A stretch of 64,000 nt of DNA from Candidatus Moraniibacteriota bacterium (GCA_027008775.1 JALVDV010000001.1:3889-67888), one strand, 5' to 3'. Positions 27,220 through 39,145 are shown, numbered from the stretch's first letter. Made by a program: numbers and translations. Notes: generated by a model not told the origin, from the sequence alone.

Positions 27220-27567
27220 ATGCATAACTTTGAAAAACTAGATGTTTACAAGAGGGCGGTTGATATTGTGAATTGGTTGTATGATATTACAAAAAAATAT
27301 CCGAGAGATGAAATGTTTTTGATGGTAAATCAATTAAGAAGAGCGGCTATCTCAATAACATTAAATATAGCAGAAGGAAGCGGTAGGACAAAGAAAGAGT
27401 TTTCTCATTTTTTAAATATATCCAGAACGTCTGCTTATGAATGTACTGCTCTATTACAAATTTCGGCTAGAAGAAAATATATTAGCGCAGAAGAGCTAAA
27501 ATACGGATACAAGCAATTATTGATAATTATTAAAATGATTAATAAGTTAAAGGCAAGTTTAAAATAA
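27220..27567 (+). CDS. Four-helix-bundle protein (23S rRNA intervening-sequence protein family)
   Basis: Family signature LDVYKRAVDIV...RRAAISITLNIAEGSGR...E; ~115 aa. Confidence 0.85.
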   Translation: MHNFEKLDVYKRAVDIVNWLYDITKKYPRDEMFLMVNQLRRAAISITLNIAEGSGRTKKEFSHFLNISRTSAYECTALLQISARRKYISAEELKYGYKQLLIIIKMINKLKASLK

Positions 27568-27597
27568 TAAGTAAAGGTGTGCAGTTGTCGCTACCGT

Positions 27598-27623
27598 GAA
27601 CCGATAACTGATAACCGATAACC
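27598..27623. repeat. Right arm of the inverted repeat flanking the four-helix-bundle gene
   Basis: gaaccgataactgataaccgataacc. Confidence 0.7.
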
Positions 27624-27629
27624 ATTCTT

Positions 27630-28124
27630 ATGGAATTATTAGGAAACCTAGGCATCAATACCAAATTATTTATAGCTCAATTGGTCAATTTCGCCATTTT
27701 GTTTTTCGTTTTGAAAAAATTTGTTTATCAACCATTGTTGCAGGTTTTGGAAGAAAGAAAAAAGAAAATAGAAAAAGGAATTAAAAGTGCTGAACAAGCA
27801 GAAAGGAAACTAGCGGAAATATCCGAAAAAGAAAAGAAAATATTGGAAAAAGCTCAAGAAAAAGCGCAAAAAATTCTTTTGGAAGCGGAAAGGAAAGCGG
27901 AAGAAAACAGGCGCTTGGCCACGGAAGAAACCACGACCGAAATCAATAAAATGATGAAAAAAGCCGACGAAGAAATTGAAAAGAAAAAAGAGCAAATGTT
28001 GACCGACTTAAAGAAAGACTTGGCGCAATTGGTTGTTTCGGCCACGGAAAAAGTTTTGGCGCAAAAAATAGACGAAAAATCAGACGAAAAAATAATTGAC
28101 AAGGCGATTGCCGAAATAAAATAA
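27630..28124 (+). CDS. atpF: F0F1 ATP synthase subunit b
   Basis: N-terminal TM (LFIAQLVNFAILFFVL) then a long charged coiled coil. Confidence 0.85.
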   Translation: MELLGNLGINTKLFIAQLVNFAILFFVLKKFVYQPLLQVLEERKKKIEKGIKSAEQAERKLAEISEKEKKILEKAQEKAQKILLEAERKAEENRRLATEETTTEINKMMKKADEEIEKKKEQMLTDLKKDLAQLVVSATEKVLAQKIDEKSDEKIIDKAIAEIK

Positions 28125-28157
28125 TTAACAGGAGAATAAAAACAGTCTAAAAACACT

Positions 28158-28556
28158 ATGAAAATTTCCCCCAAGCAATATGCCCAAACTTTATACGACC
28201 TGACGATGAACAAATCTGAAGATGAAGTCAAAGAAATAATTGCCAAGTTTGTTGCCAATTTAAAAAAAGAGGGTCTGTTGAATAAAAGTAAAGAAATCAT
28301 CGCAGAATTCAAAAATATCTACAATCAAGAACAGAAAATTTTACCGGTAAGAGTTATTTCCGCGCATAAACTGACAAAAGAGGAGAAAAATAATTTGCGA
28401 GAAAAATTAAAAAATAAGTATCAGGTCAGAGAAGTTGAGTTGACCAATCAAATTGACCCGAGTCTCCAAGGGGGATTTAAGCTGATTGTTGACGAAAATG
28501 TTATTGATGAAAGCGTAGCTGAGGGGATGCGTTTACTGAAAAAAGCATTGCAATAA
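28158..28556 (+). CDS. atpH: F0F1 ATP synthase subunit delta (OSCP), short form
   Basis: Position between atpF and atpA; YAQTLYDL N-terminus; C-terminal GGFKLIVDENVIDESV. Confidence 0.75.
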   Translation: MKISPKQYAQTLYDLTMNKSEDEVKEIIAKFVANLKKEGLLNKSKEIIAEFKNIYNQEQKILPVRVISAHKLTKEEKNNLREKLKNKYQVREVELTNQIDPSLQGGFKLIVDENVIDESVAEGMRLLKKALQ

Positions 28557-28708
28557 TTTTGTTTTGCAAAATCGGCAATTTATTTTCCAAGTCATAGATT
28601 GTTGTTGGGCGAGTACAAAACATACCCTCCCAAAAACATTGTTACAAAATCAATTTTAGAAAAGTATAAATTTACAAATAGCGAAATAAACAAACTAATT
28701 TTATTACT

Positions 28709-30202
28709 ATGAACAACAAAGATTACATTATTGAAGAATTAAAGAAACAGATTCAAGGAATCAAAAGAGATAGTCAAGAAAAAAAAGTTGGTACGGTCTT
28801 GGAAGTAGGTGACGGAATTGCCAAAATCTCCGGTCTTTCCGACTTAATGTCTTCGGAAATGGTTGTTTTTCCCGACGAAACGATGGGAGTGGTCCTAAAT
28901 TTGGAAGAAGAAAACGCCGGTATAATGATTCTTGGTGATGACAAGAATATCAAAGAAGGCGATGAAGTGCGAGCCACCGGCAAAATTCTCTCTATTCCGG
29001 TTAGTGAAAAAATGATTGGTCGGGTGGTTAATCCCTTGGGGCAGACTATAGATGGACAAGGTGAAATTGAAGCGGAAAAATTTTATCCTATTGAAAGAAA
29101 AGCGCCGGGAGTAATTGAAAGAAAATCGGTTGATCAACCTTTGCAAACCGGTATCAAAGCCATTGACGCTTTGATTCCCATCGGTCGTGGCCAGAGAGAA
29201 TTGATTATCGGCGACCGTCAAACCGGAAAGACTGCTGTGGCCATTGACACCATTATCAATCAAGCCGATCAAGACATTGTTTGCATTTATGTGGCCATCG
29301 GTCAAAAGGAGTCCAAAATAGCCCGAACGGTCAGCGAATTGGAAAAAAGAGGCGCTATGGAGCACACGATTATTGTTACTGCCGGCGCCGCCGAATCGGC
29401 CGCCTATTCTTACATTGCCCCCTATGCCGGCACAGCCATCGCCGAATATTTTATGGATCAAGGCAAAGACGCTCTCATTGTTTACGACGATCTCAGCAAA
29501 CACGCCTGGGCTTACCGACAGATTTCTTTAATTCTTCGTCGTCCTCCGGGACGGGAGGCTTACCCGGGAGATATTTTTTACGCTCACTCTCGCTTACTGG
29601 AAAGAAGCGCCAAACGAAATGAAGAAGCTGGCGGTGGCTCCATTACAGGTTTGCCTATCATAGAAACCCAAGCCGGCGATGTTTCCGCTTATATTCCAAC
29701 CAACGTCATTTCTATCACTGACGGTCAAATTTATTTGGAATCAGATTTATTTTACAAGGGTGTACGACCAGCTCTCAACGTTGGTTTGTCTGTTTCCCGG
29801 GTCGGTTCAGCCGCTCAAATCAAAGCGATGAAAAAAGTAGCCGGCACTCTCAGATTGGATTTGGCGCAATTCCGCGAATTGGAAGCTTTCGCCCAATTCG
29901 GTTCCGACCTAGACGAAGCCACCAAGAAGAAAATTGAACGCGGTAAACGCACAGTGGAAATACTCAAACAAAGACAATTTGAGCCAATGAGTGTGGAAAA
30001 TCAAGTTGTTATTTTGTACGCTCTAACCAAGGGTTATTTAGATGAAATTCCGGTCAAAGATATAATTAAATGGGAAGAAGAATTTAACAAATACATCAAC
30101 GCTTCTCACCGGGAAATTTTGGAGGAGATCAAAGAAAAGGGCGATCTAACCGAGGAATTGGAGAAAAAATTACAAAAGGCGATTGAGGAATTTAAATTAT
30201 AG
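28709..30202 (+). CDS. atpA: F0F1 ATP synthase subunit alpha
   Basis: Walker A GDRQTGKT and alpha signature. Confidence 0.97.
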   Translation: MNNKDYIIEELKKQIQGIKRDSQEKKVGTVLEVGDGIAKISGLSDLMSSEMVVFPDETMGVVLNLEEENAGIMILGDDKNIKEGDEVRATGKILSIPVSEKMIGRVVNPLGQTIDGQGEIEAEKFYPIERKAPGVIERKSVDQPLQTGIKAIDALIPIGRGQRELIIGDRQTGKTAVAIDTIINQADQDIVCIYVAIGQKESKIARTVSELEKRGAMEHTIIVTAGAAESAAYSYIAPYAGTAIAEYFMDQGKDALIVYDDLSKHAWAYRQISLILRRPPGREAYPGDIFYAHSRLLERSAKRNEEAGGGSITGLPIIETQAGDVSAYIPTNVISITDGQIYLESDLFYKGVRPALNVGLSVSRVGSAAQIKAMKKVAGTLRLDLAQFRELEAFAQFGSDLDEATKKKIERGKRTVEILKQRQFEPMSVENQVVILYALTKGYLDEIPVKDIIKWEEEFNKYINASHREILEEIKEKGDLTEELEKKLQKAIEEFKL

Positions 30203-30240
30203 AAATAATTAGTAGTGCTCATTCAACAGTTTATAGGACT

Positions 30241-30267
30241 GCGAACCGAGTTCTGATAACCGATAAC
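30241..30267. repeat. Solo third copy of the IR-arm sequence between atpA and atpG
   Basis: gcgaaccgagttctgataaccgataac, close to the right arm at 27598-27623. Confidence 0.55.
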
Positions 30268-30274
30268 TAAAAAC

Positions 30275-31231
30275 ATGGCAAACCTAAAAGACATTCGCAG
30301 ACGAATAAAATCAATAAATAATACCGCCAAAATTACGCGGGCGATGGAAATGGTTTCCGCTGCCAAGATGCGCAGGGCTACGGAGGCGGCTTTGGCTATT
30401 CGCGATTATGCCCGCGCCGCTTGGGACATTCTCACCAATCTTTCCCGCGCTTTTGAAAATTACAACTACGGGCTTCTAGAAGTTAGACCGGTGGAAAAAG
30501 TTTTGATGGTGGTTATAACTTCCAACCGCGGTTTGTGTGGCTCTTTCAATTCTCAAATTCTCAAAAAAATCAGGGAGCAACTGGAAAACCCTCGGAGTTT
30601 GGCCATTAACAGAGTTGGTGATAAAAAGATTGAATCACCCGGCAATAAAAAACCGGACATAGACTTTATTGCCGTCGGTCGCAAAGGAGAAAGTTTATTG
30701 AGAAAACTAAATAGAAATATAATTGCCACTTTTCCCGAATTAACCTATTTACCCAAAATAGAAACAGTTCGCCCTCTGGCCAGAATTATTATTGACGAAT
30801 ATTTGCAAAAAAACTACGACAAGGTGGTAATAGTTTATACCGATTTTGTTTCTCCCTTATTGCAAGAAGCTAAAATCCGACAGTTGTTACCTGTTTCCAA
30901 ATTAGATCTGGAAAAGCAAATAGCTGATATTGAAGGTTCTTCCCGAGAGAAAACAAGAGAGAAGAAATTTATTGTGGAATACAAAGTGGAACCAAGTCCA
31001 CGCAAAGTTTTAACGCACATCTTCCCTCGCCTGATTGAAATGCAGATTTACCACGCTATTCTGGAATCCAACGCTTCCAAAGAATCCGCTCGGATGATGG
31101 CTATGCGTAATGCTACTGATGCCGCCAAGGAAATCGCCGAGGATTTAACCTTGACCCACAATAAAATCAGACAGATGAAAATCACCCAAGAAATATCTGA
31201 AATTTCCGCCGGACGAGTGGCTTTGGAGTAG
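30275..31231 (+). CDS. atpG: F0F1 ATP synthase subunit gamma
   Basis: IKSINNTAKITRAMEMVSAAKMRRA N-terminus. Confidence 0.93.
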   Translation: MANLKDIRRRIKSINNTAKITRAMEMVSAAKMRRATEAALAIRDYARAAWDILTNLSRAFENYNYGLLEVRPVEKVLMVVITSNRGLCGSFNSQILKKIREQLENPRSLAINRVGDKKIESPGNKKPDIDFIAVGRKGESLLRKLNRNIIATFPELTYLPKIETVRPLARIIIDEYLQKNYDKVVIVYTDFVSPLLQEAKIRQLLPVSKLDLEKQIADIEGSSREKTREKKFIVEYKVEPSPRKVLTHIFPRLIEMQIYHAILESNASKESARMMAMRNATDAAKEIAEDLTLTHNKIRQMKITQEISEISAGRVALE

Positions 31232-31456
31232 AGTTTTGTTTATAAGCTAATTTTTTTTTAATTTTAAGCATGCCAAAAACATGTCCAAAGAAAATTATGA
31301 GCCTATCATCTCCGTGAAGAGTAAATATTTCATCGTTATTTTTTCTAATTTTTCTTATCAGCATATATTCCTCCTTTTTAAGTTACTATTTCCTGCAGAA
31401 TTGTTCTGCCAGATGTCAAATCGTATCAGAAGAATAAGTCAAGAGCGAAGCTGGAT

Positions 31457-31485
31457 TTGACAAGCAATAAAGTAAGAATTATACT
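31457..31485 (+). promoter_or_regulatory. Own promoter of the vapBC insertion
   Basis: TTGACA (31457-31462), 17 nt, TATACT (31480-31485). Confidence 0.45.
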
Positions 31486-31521
31486 AAAAGTAAGATTAAT
31501 ATAATTAGTAAGAATAAAATT

Positions 31522-31827
31522 ATGTCTAAAACACATAAAACAAAAGAAGAAATTATAGAAACCTATTCGGCGCGGGTTTCTAGCAAGGGGCAAGTGGTTT
31601 TACCAAAAACTCTTAGAGAAGAACTGGCTATTCTTCCAGGCACATTGATTAGTTTTAATGTTTTTCGTAATGCTAGAAGTAAAAAAATTAGGGATGTAAA
31701 AATGAAAAAGGAAATGAATTTAGTTGAATTAGTTAAATCAGGTCATTTCCCTTCGCCCCGAAAAAATAAAGGAGTTGATCCTGTGAAAGCTAGAGAATAT
31801 ATGGAAAAAAACTATGAAAGAAACTAA
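31522..31827 (+). CDS. vapB: AbrB/MazE/SpoVT-type antitoxin (VapB-like)
   Basis: Looped-hinge motif VSSKGQVVLPKTLREELAI. Its end overlaps the downstream PIN gene by 14 nt. Confidence 0.7.
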   Translation: MSKTHKTKEEIIETYSARVSSKGQVVLPKTLREELAILPGTLISFNVFRNARSKKIRDVKMKKEMNLVELVKSGHFPSPRKNKGVDPVKAREYMEKNYERN

Positions 31828-32266
31828 AAAATTATTTATTGATACTAATATTTTTGTTAGAGCATTGACTAATGATAATAAAAAATTGTCTGTGGAAGCG
31901 ATTGATTTTTTAGATTTTGCCAATAAAACAACAAATGTAAAAAGTTATACTTCTGTAGTGGTTTTAATGGAAATAGGGTGGGTATTAAGTTCTTTTTATG
32001 GATACAATAAAAGTGAAATTATTTTGGCATTATCGTCTATAGAAAAGATGACCGGCATTAAAATAAGCAATATTGAAATTAATTTTAAAAAGGGAATTAG
32101 GTATTTTAAAAAACATCATATCAAACTAGGTGATGCGATGATCGTGGCGGGAGATATTATTCAAAAAGAAAAAGCAATTATTGTTTCTTATGATAAAGAT
32201 TTTGACAAAATTAAAGAAGTGGTTAGAATGACACCGAGGGAAGTTTTGAAAAAATTTAAAAGATAG
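31814..32266 (+). CDS. vapC: PIN-domain ribonuclease toxin (VapC)
   Basis: N-terminal FIDTNIFV with acidic residues, and C-terminal SYDKDFDKI. Confidence 0.8.
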   Translation: MKETKKLFIDTNIFVRALTNDNKKLSVEAIDFLDFANKTTNVKSYTSVVVLMEIGWVLSSFYGYNKSEIILALSSIEKMTGIKISNIEINFKKGIRYFKKHHIKLGDAMIVAGDIIQKEKAIIVSYDKDFDKIKEVVRMTPREVLKKFKR

Positions 32267-32273
32267 ATTGAAG

Positions 32274-32301
32274 ATTTATGATTTATGATTTACGATTTAA
32301 G
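32274..32301. repeat. Four tandem 7-mers (ATTTATG ATTTATG ATTTACG ATTTAAG) just after vapC
   Basis: Direct reading of the sequence. Confidence 0.5.
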
Positions 32302-32465
32302 AAAATATATTGTAAATTGTGGATTGTAAGTTCTAATTAAAATTCTAGACAGGCGAATGCCTGGTTGAACATTAAACATTGAATTAAAATTTAAAATTTA
32401 CAAATTAAAATTTTTGTAAAGAAGTATATTGAAAATTTAATAACGAATACTTTTAGGAAACAAAA

Positions 32466-32741
32466 TTGTTTCTAAAAAAAATAGAAAAGGAGGAAGGTTG
32501 GTTATGGGAAAAGAAAAAAGCTATAAATGGTGTAATAATTATTACTCCAATTGTTCAGGATAAGGAGGACTGTAGTTATTCTATTTCCGTGTACGACAGA
32601 AGATTTAACGTGTGCACTTTCGAGATAAGTCTCGCACACGTAGGTGTCAAGGTAGATATTCCAACTGCCATTATCTATGCCCAGAGAGTTTTACAGACCA
32701 TTCTCGTTTCCCGTTTCCTAAAAGTATTGGTTAGATTGTAA
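32466..32741 (+). CDS. Orphan 91-aa ORF in the AT-rich spacer before atpD (possibly non-coding)
   Basis: Open frame only, with no recognisable motif. Confidence 0.2.
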   Translation: MFLKKIEKEEGWLWEKKKAINGVIIITPIVQDKEDCSYSISVYDRRFNVCTFEISLAHVGVKVDIPTAIIYAQRVLQTILVSRFLKVLVRL

Positions 32742-32771
32742 TAAAAAATTAACGAATTATTATTTAATTAA

Positions 32772-34169
<1,398 letters not shown>

Positions 34170-34271
34170 TCAGTGTTCAGTAGATAATTACGGAAAAATG
34201 ACTAGCAACAAGGGATCGATCATGAATAACGAGGAGTAGATAACAAATAAGGAGGGAACAATGATAAAAAC

Positions 34272-34628
34272 ATGGAAAAAAGTGTGTTAAAAAAGAAGGC
34301 AGATAAATTAGCACATCTTGGCTATGACTTAACTTTTAAATTTCCGAAAAATGAATTGTTTTGCTTGACATCCCAAGTTAGGAGAGCTCTTCTGTCTGTT
34401 CCGTCTAATATAGTTGAAGGGTATTCTAGAAATAAAAAGAAAGTGTTTGTTAATCATTTAGAAATAGCGTATGGTTCTTTAGCTGAAGCAAAATACCAAA
34501 TGAATTTTGCCTGTAAAAGAAATTATATACCCAAACGAGACTATTTGAAATTTCATGCTTTAGCCGAAGAAGTCAGTAAAATGTTGTGGGCGAGCATAAA
34601 TACATTAACAAAAGTTAAAAGTAATTAG
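34272..34628 (+). CDS. Four-helix-bundle protein (23S rRNA IVS protein family), second copy
   Basis: RRALLSVPSNIVEGYSR...E signature. Shine-Dalgarno AAGGAGG upstream. Flanked by short ATCAGTG/CACTGAT inverted repeats. Confidence 0.85.
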   Translation: MEKSVLKKKADKLAHLGYDLTFKFPKNELFCLTSQVRRALLSVPSNIVEGYSRNKKKVFVNHLEIAYGSLAEAKYQMNFACKRNYIPKRDYLKFHALAEEVSKMLWASINTLTKVKSN

Positions 34629-34688
34629 TGGACAAATGCAATGATTAGTGTATTACTGTTCATTGTCTATTGTTCATTGCTCACTGAT

Positions 34689-35126
34689 ATGAATATTAAA
34701 TTTAAAATAGTTACTCCGGAAAGAACTGTTCTGGAACAAGAAATAACTCAAGCCACTATTCCCACAGTGGTAGGTGAGATAACCATTCTACCAAATCACC
34801 GCTCCTACATTGCCGGTCTTAAACCGGGAGAAATTCTGGTAAAATGTTTGGAGCAAGGGAAAACCAAGGATTGTGCCCTGGCGGTTTCCGGCGGTTTTGT
34901 GGAATTTCATAACAATGAACTAACAATCTTGGCTGATACCGCCGAGCGAGCGGAAGAACTTGATTTGAAACGAGCCGAAGAGGCCAGAAAACGGGCCGAG
35001 GAATTGAAAAAACGCAAAATTACCGACGAAAAAGAGTATGCTACTGTTTTGGCTCAACTGGAGAAAGAACTGGCCAGAATCAAAGTGGCTAAAAAGTGGC
35101 GCAAATTGCGACCACGTCTAAAATAA
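34689..35126 (+). CDS. atpC: F0F1 ATP synthase subunit epsilon
   Basis: MNIKFKIVTPERTVLEQEI...; first ATG at 34689. Confidence 0.88.
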   Translation: MNIKFKIVTPERTVLEQEITQATIPTVVGEITILPNHRSYIAGLKPGEILVKCLEQGKTKDCALAVSGGFVEFHNNELTILADTAERAEELDLKRAEEARKRAEELKKRKITDEKEYATVLAQLEKELARIKVAKKWRKLRPRLK

Positions 35127-35156
35127 TAACCCTGCTAATAATTCAACAAAAAAAAT

Positions 35157-35822
35157 ATGTCTGAAAAAATAAACAACAATGTTGAAAATACGAAGGATGT
35201 TTTTGAAAGATTGGGACAAAAAACTTTTGCTGAATGGAACGAATCACTCCAATCCAAAAATCCCGAAGTGGTGGCAGGCAAGTACAATGAAGAAGGAGAA
35301 TTATTTGGCACCGTTTCCAATAAAATCAGACACGGTCGCCAAGAAATTGCCGAATATTTCCAACATTTTTTGGCTGGCAGTCCCGTCGGAGAATTGAAAA
35401 CTTCAAAAATTATTCCTATTGACTCCAAAACATTTTTAATGGGCGGAGAATATGTCTTTGAACTGGACGACAAAGAAGGTGGTCGCAAAAAAGTTACAGC
35501 CGATTATACTTTTGTTTGGCAAAAAGAAGCTGATGGCCAGTGGCGAATTCTTCACCATCATTCCGCCGCCAAATCAGACAAAGAAATCACCGTGGACAAA
35601 GATTTGTTAATTAAGGACACCGCTGATTATCAAAAAGGTTTAGAAAAGAAACTTGGTGGAAACTTCTTTTTGAAAACTTTCTTTTTCAAAGATAAAAATG
35701 ACGGTTTGGAAAAACGAGTAACCCGACTTTATCAAACAACAGAAGACGAAGATGGTAATCGCGCAGCCGAGTTGATTTATCAACAAGTTTCCGAGAAACC
35801 GGATAACAGTAGCGGTGTTTAA
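35157..35822 (+). CDS. NTF2-like/SnoaL-like (DUF4440-type) domain protein with C-terminal extension
   Basis: WQKEADGQWRILHHHSA ending is typical of the NTF2-like fold. Confidence 0.5.
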   Translation: MSEKINNNVENTKDVFERLGQKTFAEWNESLQSKNPEVVAGKYNEEGELFGTVSNKIRHGRQEIAEYFQHFLAGSPVGELKTSKIIPIDSKTFLMGGEYVFELDDKEGGRKKVTADYTFVWQKEADGQWRILHHHSAAKSDKEITVDKDLLIKDTADYQKGLEKKLGGNFFLKTFFFKDKNDGLEKRVTRLYQTTEDEDGNRAAELIYQQVSEKPDNSSGV

Positions 35823-35861
35823 GTTCCATTCTTTCTAAAACTATATTTCTTCTAAAAGTAA

Positions 35862-36293
35862 ATGAAAATAAAAATTTTGACCGTTGGCCGACCAAAAAGC
35901 TCATTTATTCGGGTCGGCCTTGCTGATTATTTGACTCGTTTACAGAAATTTCGTCCGCTGGAAGTCAAACACTTTAAAGACAGCTCCAAGGATTTGGAAA
36001 TTTTAAAATTTATCAAAAATGACTTTTTAGTTATTCTTGACGAAAAAGGGCAAGAATTTTCCAGTCAATCTCTGGCAAAATTTCTTAACAAACAGGAAAT
36101 ATTCGGCCACAAAAACATTTCTTTCTTTATTGGTGGACCCGACGGGCACAGTCCGACAATTAAAGAACGAGCAAATTTTTCCTGGAGTTTAAGCAAACTG
36201 ACATTGCCCCACGAACTAGCCTTACTGGTCCTAACAGAGGCTTTGTATCGCGCTTATACTATCAACCAAAATCTTCCTTACCATCGCGCCTAA
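35862..36293 (+). CDS. rlmH: 23S rRNA (pseudouridine1915-N3)-methyltransferase RlmH
   Basis: SPOUT motifs; FFIGGPDGHS...ELALLVLTEALYRAYTI. Confidence 0.88.
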   Translation: MKIKILTVGRPKSSFIRVGLADYLTRLQKFRPLEVKHFKDSSKDLEILKFIKNDFLVILDEKGQEFSSQSLAKFLNKQEIFGHKNISFFIGGPDGHSPTIKERANFSWSLSKLTLPHELALLVLTEALYRAYTINQNLPYHRA

Positions 36294-36521
36294 CTCTTGT
36301 TGCTTGTCCACTCCTCCTGTTATATAATGCCAAAGTAAGAACTCGCCTCGGGTTAATACTCAGTCGAACTTTCCGGATGGTATTTTCTATCTGATGTTTG
36401 ACACCTTGTTGATTGAAGAAGGAGTTAAACAGGCATCCGAAAGCAATATTCAGAAAACCTGTCAGACAAAGAATGTAAAAGGGCAATCCTAAATGATTTA
36501 AAATAAAATTAAAAGACAAAA

Positions 36522-38555
36522 ATGCAAAAATTCTTTCAACCTCAATCAGTTGCCATCATTGGCGCTTCTCAAAACAAAGACAAAATCGGACATATTTTGG
36601 TTGATAATCTTCTCAGGCAAAAAAAGAAAATCAAAATCTTTCCCGTTAATCCCAAGCACCGGCGAATAGATGGTCTGCAATGCTTTCCCTCCGTTTTGGA
36701 CATAGTCGAACCGGTTGATCTAGCAGTCATAGCCGTTCCGGCGCCTTTGGTAAATCAAATTGTTCGGGAGTGTGCTTGGCGCGAAAAACCCATTAAAAAC
36801 ATCATCATCATTTCCGCCGGTTTTGGTGAGAGCGGAAAAGAAGGAAGAGAAAGAAAAAAAGAACTAAAAGAATTAATCACTGAATATGATTTGCGCGTTC
36901 TGGGACCGAATTGTTTGGGTGTGGCCAATCCTCCGCAAGAAATCAATTTAACTTTTGCCAAAAAAAATATCCCCGCCGGTAAAATTGGCTTAATTTCCCA
37001 GTCTGGCGCTCTAATAACCTCATTGATTGACCTGGCCGAAGAAAATAATTTCGGCTTTTCTCTGGTGGCTTCTCTGGGAAATAAAATAGATTTAAACGAA
37101 AATGATCTGTTGCAATATTTCCGTCAAGATAAAAACACTTCCGTTGTTATTCTTTATTTAGAAAGCATTGCTGACGGAAAAAGATTTGCCAAAGAATTAG
37201 CCAAAACAACAACCGTTAAGCCGGTTATTGTCATCAAAACCGGGCAGAACAAAAAAAGTCAGGCGGCTATTCGTTCGCACACCGGTTCTTTGGCCGGAGA
37301 GAATGCTGTTGTGGCCGAGGTCATTAAAGAGAATGGGGGGGGTATAATTGACAACATCCGAGACACTCTGATTCTGATTCGCCTTTTAAATTCTTTCCCT
37401 CCTCTGGCCACGGATAAAATAGTCATTGTCACCAACGCCGGCGGTCCCGGTGTTATCACTACAGATTTGTTGGAAAAATATAACTTGCCACTCTTGGAAC
37501 TAAAGGAAGAAATTGTAAAAAAACTGCGTAAAGTTTTGCCGACCGAAAGCTCCGTCACTAATCCGATTGATCTCTTGGGAGATGCTCTAGCAGACAGGTA
37601 TCAAAAAACCTTGGAGATTGTCAAATCAGTTTCAGACTTGGGAGGCATAATAGTCTTAGTTACTCCGCAAGCGCAAACACCAATTGAAGAAATCAGCCGG
37701 GTTATCATTAAGATTAGCCGGAAGAGCAAGATTCCGATTTTTCCGGTTGTCATTGGCGGAAAAGCAAGTCAAAGAGCCAAGCGAATTTTTCAGCGAGCCG
37801 ATCGGGATTGTTTCACTTTTCCCTTGAATTTAATCCAAAATCTGGCCCTTCTAAATAAAAATAAACTTGGCACACTTGGCGACCGCCGGAAAAAAGATTC
37901 TATCACCACCCCAAGCCAAACAGGCGGACAACTGCTAAGTTACAAAAAAAGTGTTGCCCTGGCGCAAAGCTTCGGCTTCAATATCATTCCCGCCCAAGAA
38001 ATCAAAGATGAAAAAGAACTAAAGCAACTAAGCCAAACCACAAATTTCCCGGTAGTTTTAAAAGTGGACAGTCCCAAAATAATCCACAAAAACAAAGAAG
38101 GAGCTGTTCTCACCGGTATCGCTTCTCCAGCGGAATTGATTTCCGCCTGGCAAGAACTGCAAGAGAAATTTCCCGGACAAACAATTATTGTTCAACCGCA
38201 AGTAAAAAAGGGTTTGGAAATTATCTTGGGAATGAAGAGAGATGTCCAATTTGGCCCGGTTATCATTATCGGTCTGGGCGGTATCAATACGGAAATATTT
38301 AACGAAAAAATAATTCTCGTCAACGATTTTTCTCCAAAAAAAATGCTTCAGAAATTACAAAACTCCAAGTTGGCTTTAATATTGCAAAAAGAAAAAATTG
38401 ACCCGGAAAAAATTGTTGCCGAAGCCGAAAAACTTGCTCGCCTGGCTCAGGAGAGAGAAGATATTATTGCGGTGGATATAAACCCAATCTTTTTTTACCC
38501 ACAAGAACCAGCCACCATAGTTGATTTTAAAATTTTTTTACAAAATAACAATTAA
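36522..38555 (+). CDS. ADP-forming acetyl-CoA synthetase / acyl-CoA synthetase (NDP-forming), fused alpha-beta
   Basis: CoA-binding N-terminus (SVAIIGASQNKDKIGH), ligase-CoA domain, C-terminal ATP-grasp. Confidence 0.8.
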   Translation: MQKFFQPQSVAIIGASQNKDKIGHILVDNLLRQKKKIKIFPVNPKHRRIDGLQCFPSVLDIVEPVDLAVIAVPAPLVNQIVRECAWREKPIKNIIIISAGFGESGKEGRERKKELKELITEYDLRVLGPNCLGVANPPQEINLTFAKKNIPAGKIGLISQSGALITSLIDLAEENNFGFSLVASLGNKIDLNENDLLQYFRQDKNTSVVILYLESIADGKRFAKELAKTTTVKPVIVIKTGQNKKSQAAIRSHTGSLAGENAVVAEVIKENGGGIIDNIRDTLILIRLLNSFPPLATDKIVIVTNAGGPGVITTDLLEKYNLPLLELKEEIVKKLRKVLPTESSVTNPIDLLGDALADRYQKTLEIVKSVSDLGGIIVLVTPQAQTPIEEISRVIIKISRKSKIPIFPVVIGGKASQRAKRIFQRADRDCFTFPLNLIQNLALLNKNKLGTLGDRRKKDSITTPSQTGGQLLSYKKSVALAQSFGFNIIPAQEIKDEKELKQLSQTTNFPVVLKVDSPKIIHKNKEGAVLTGIASPAELISAWQELQEKFPGQTIIVQPQVKKGLEIILGMKRDVQFGPVIIIGLGGINTEIFNEKIILVNDFSPKKMLQKLQNSKLALILQKEKIDPEKIVAEAEKLARLAQEREDIIAVDINPIFFYPQEPATIVDFKIFLQNNN

Positions 38556-38566
38556 AGAATCAGATT

Positions 38567-39145
38567 ATGCTCACAAATCTCAGCGCCACCAACAAAATAC
38601 TGATAGTGCAACCAGAAGCGGAAGTCAGGGAGATGCTCAAAGCTATTTTTGAAAAAAGCGGTTTTGAGGTTATTGAAGCCGAGGATGGCATTGATGCCTT
38701 GATGAAAGCCAAGAATGAAAGTATTGATGTGATTCTCACCGCATTGCATATGCCTCGCTTGGACGGCATCAGCCTAATCAAGAAAAAAAATGAAGATCCT
38801 TTTCTCAAGGATGTGCCTGTTGTCTTTTATGATACCGTTAGCAACGAAGAAGAAAAAGAGGAAATTCTCAAAGAAACCGGCGCCAAAGACTATTTGCCTC
38901 AAGGCGTTATTTCTCCGGAGGAAATTATTCAAAGAACATCCCGCGCCATCAAACAAGGGGATTATTATTTCAAGATAGATCCTTATGCTTTGGACGCCCA
39001 GGATTTTATTAATGATTTTCACTTGGGTAGCAATTTTAAATGTACCAATGACGGTTCTGATTTGGCTATCAAATTGCACATCAATAAAGATAAAACCATC
39101 ACCGCCAATATTGTTTGCCCGGTCTGTCACAAAAAATATCTCTAA
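38567..39145 (+). CDS. Receiver-domain-like protein (degenerate, probably non-phosphorylatable) with C-terminal extension
   Basis: CheY-like fold (ILIVQPEA...DVILTALHMPRLDG), but the DD pocket reads QP and the phospho-Asp position is Ala. Confidence 0.55.
   Translation: MLTNLSATNKILIVQPEAEVREMLKAIFEKSGFEVIEAEDGIDALMKAKNESIDVILTALHMPRLDGISLIKKKNEDPFLKDVPVVFYDTVSNEEEKEEILKETGAKDYLPQGVISPEEIIQRTSRAIKQGDYYFKIDPYALDAQDFINDFHLGSNFKCTNDGSDLAIKLHINKDKTITANIVCPVCHKKYL

Noticed and set aside
28895-29503. 202-aa minus-strand ORF and other antisense ORFs inside atpA, dnaK (22230..22875), clpB (54943..56928), nrdD (41475..42104)
   Set aside because: All overlap strongly supported housekeeping genes on the opposite strand; typical shadow ORFs.
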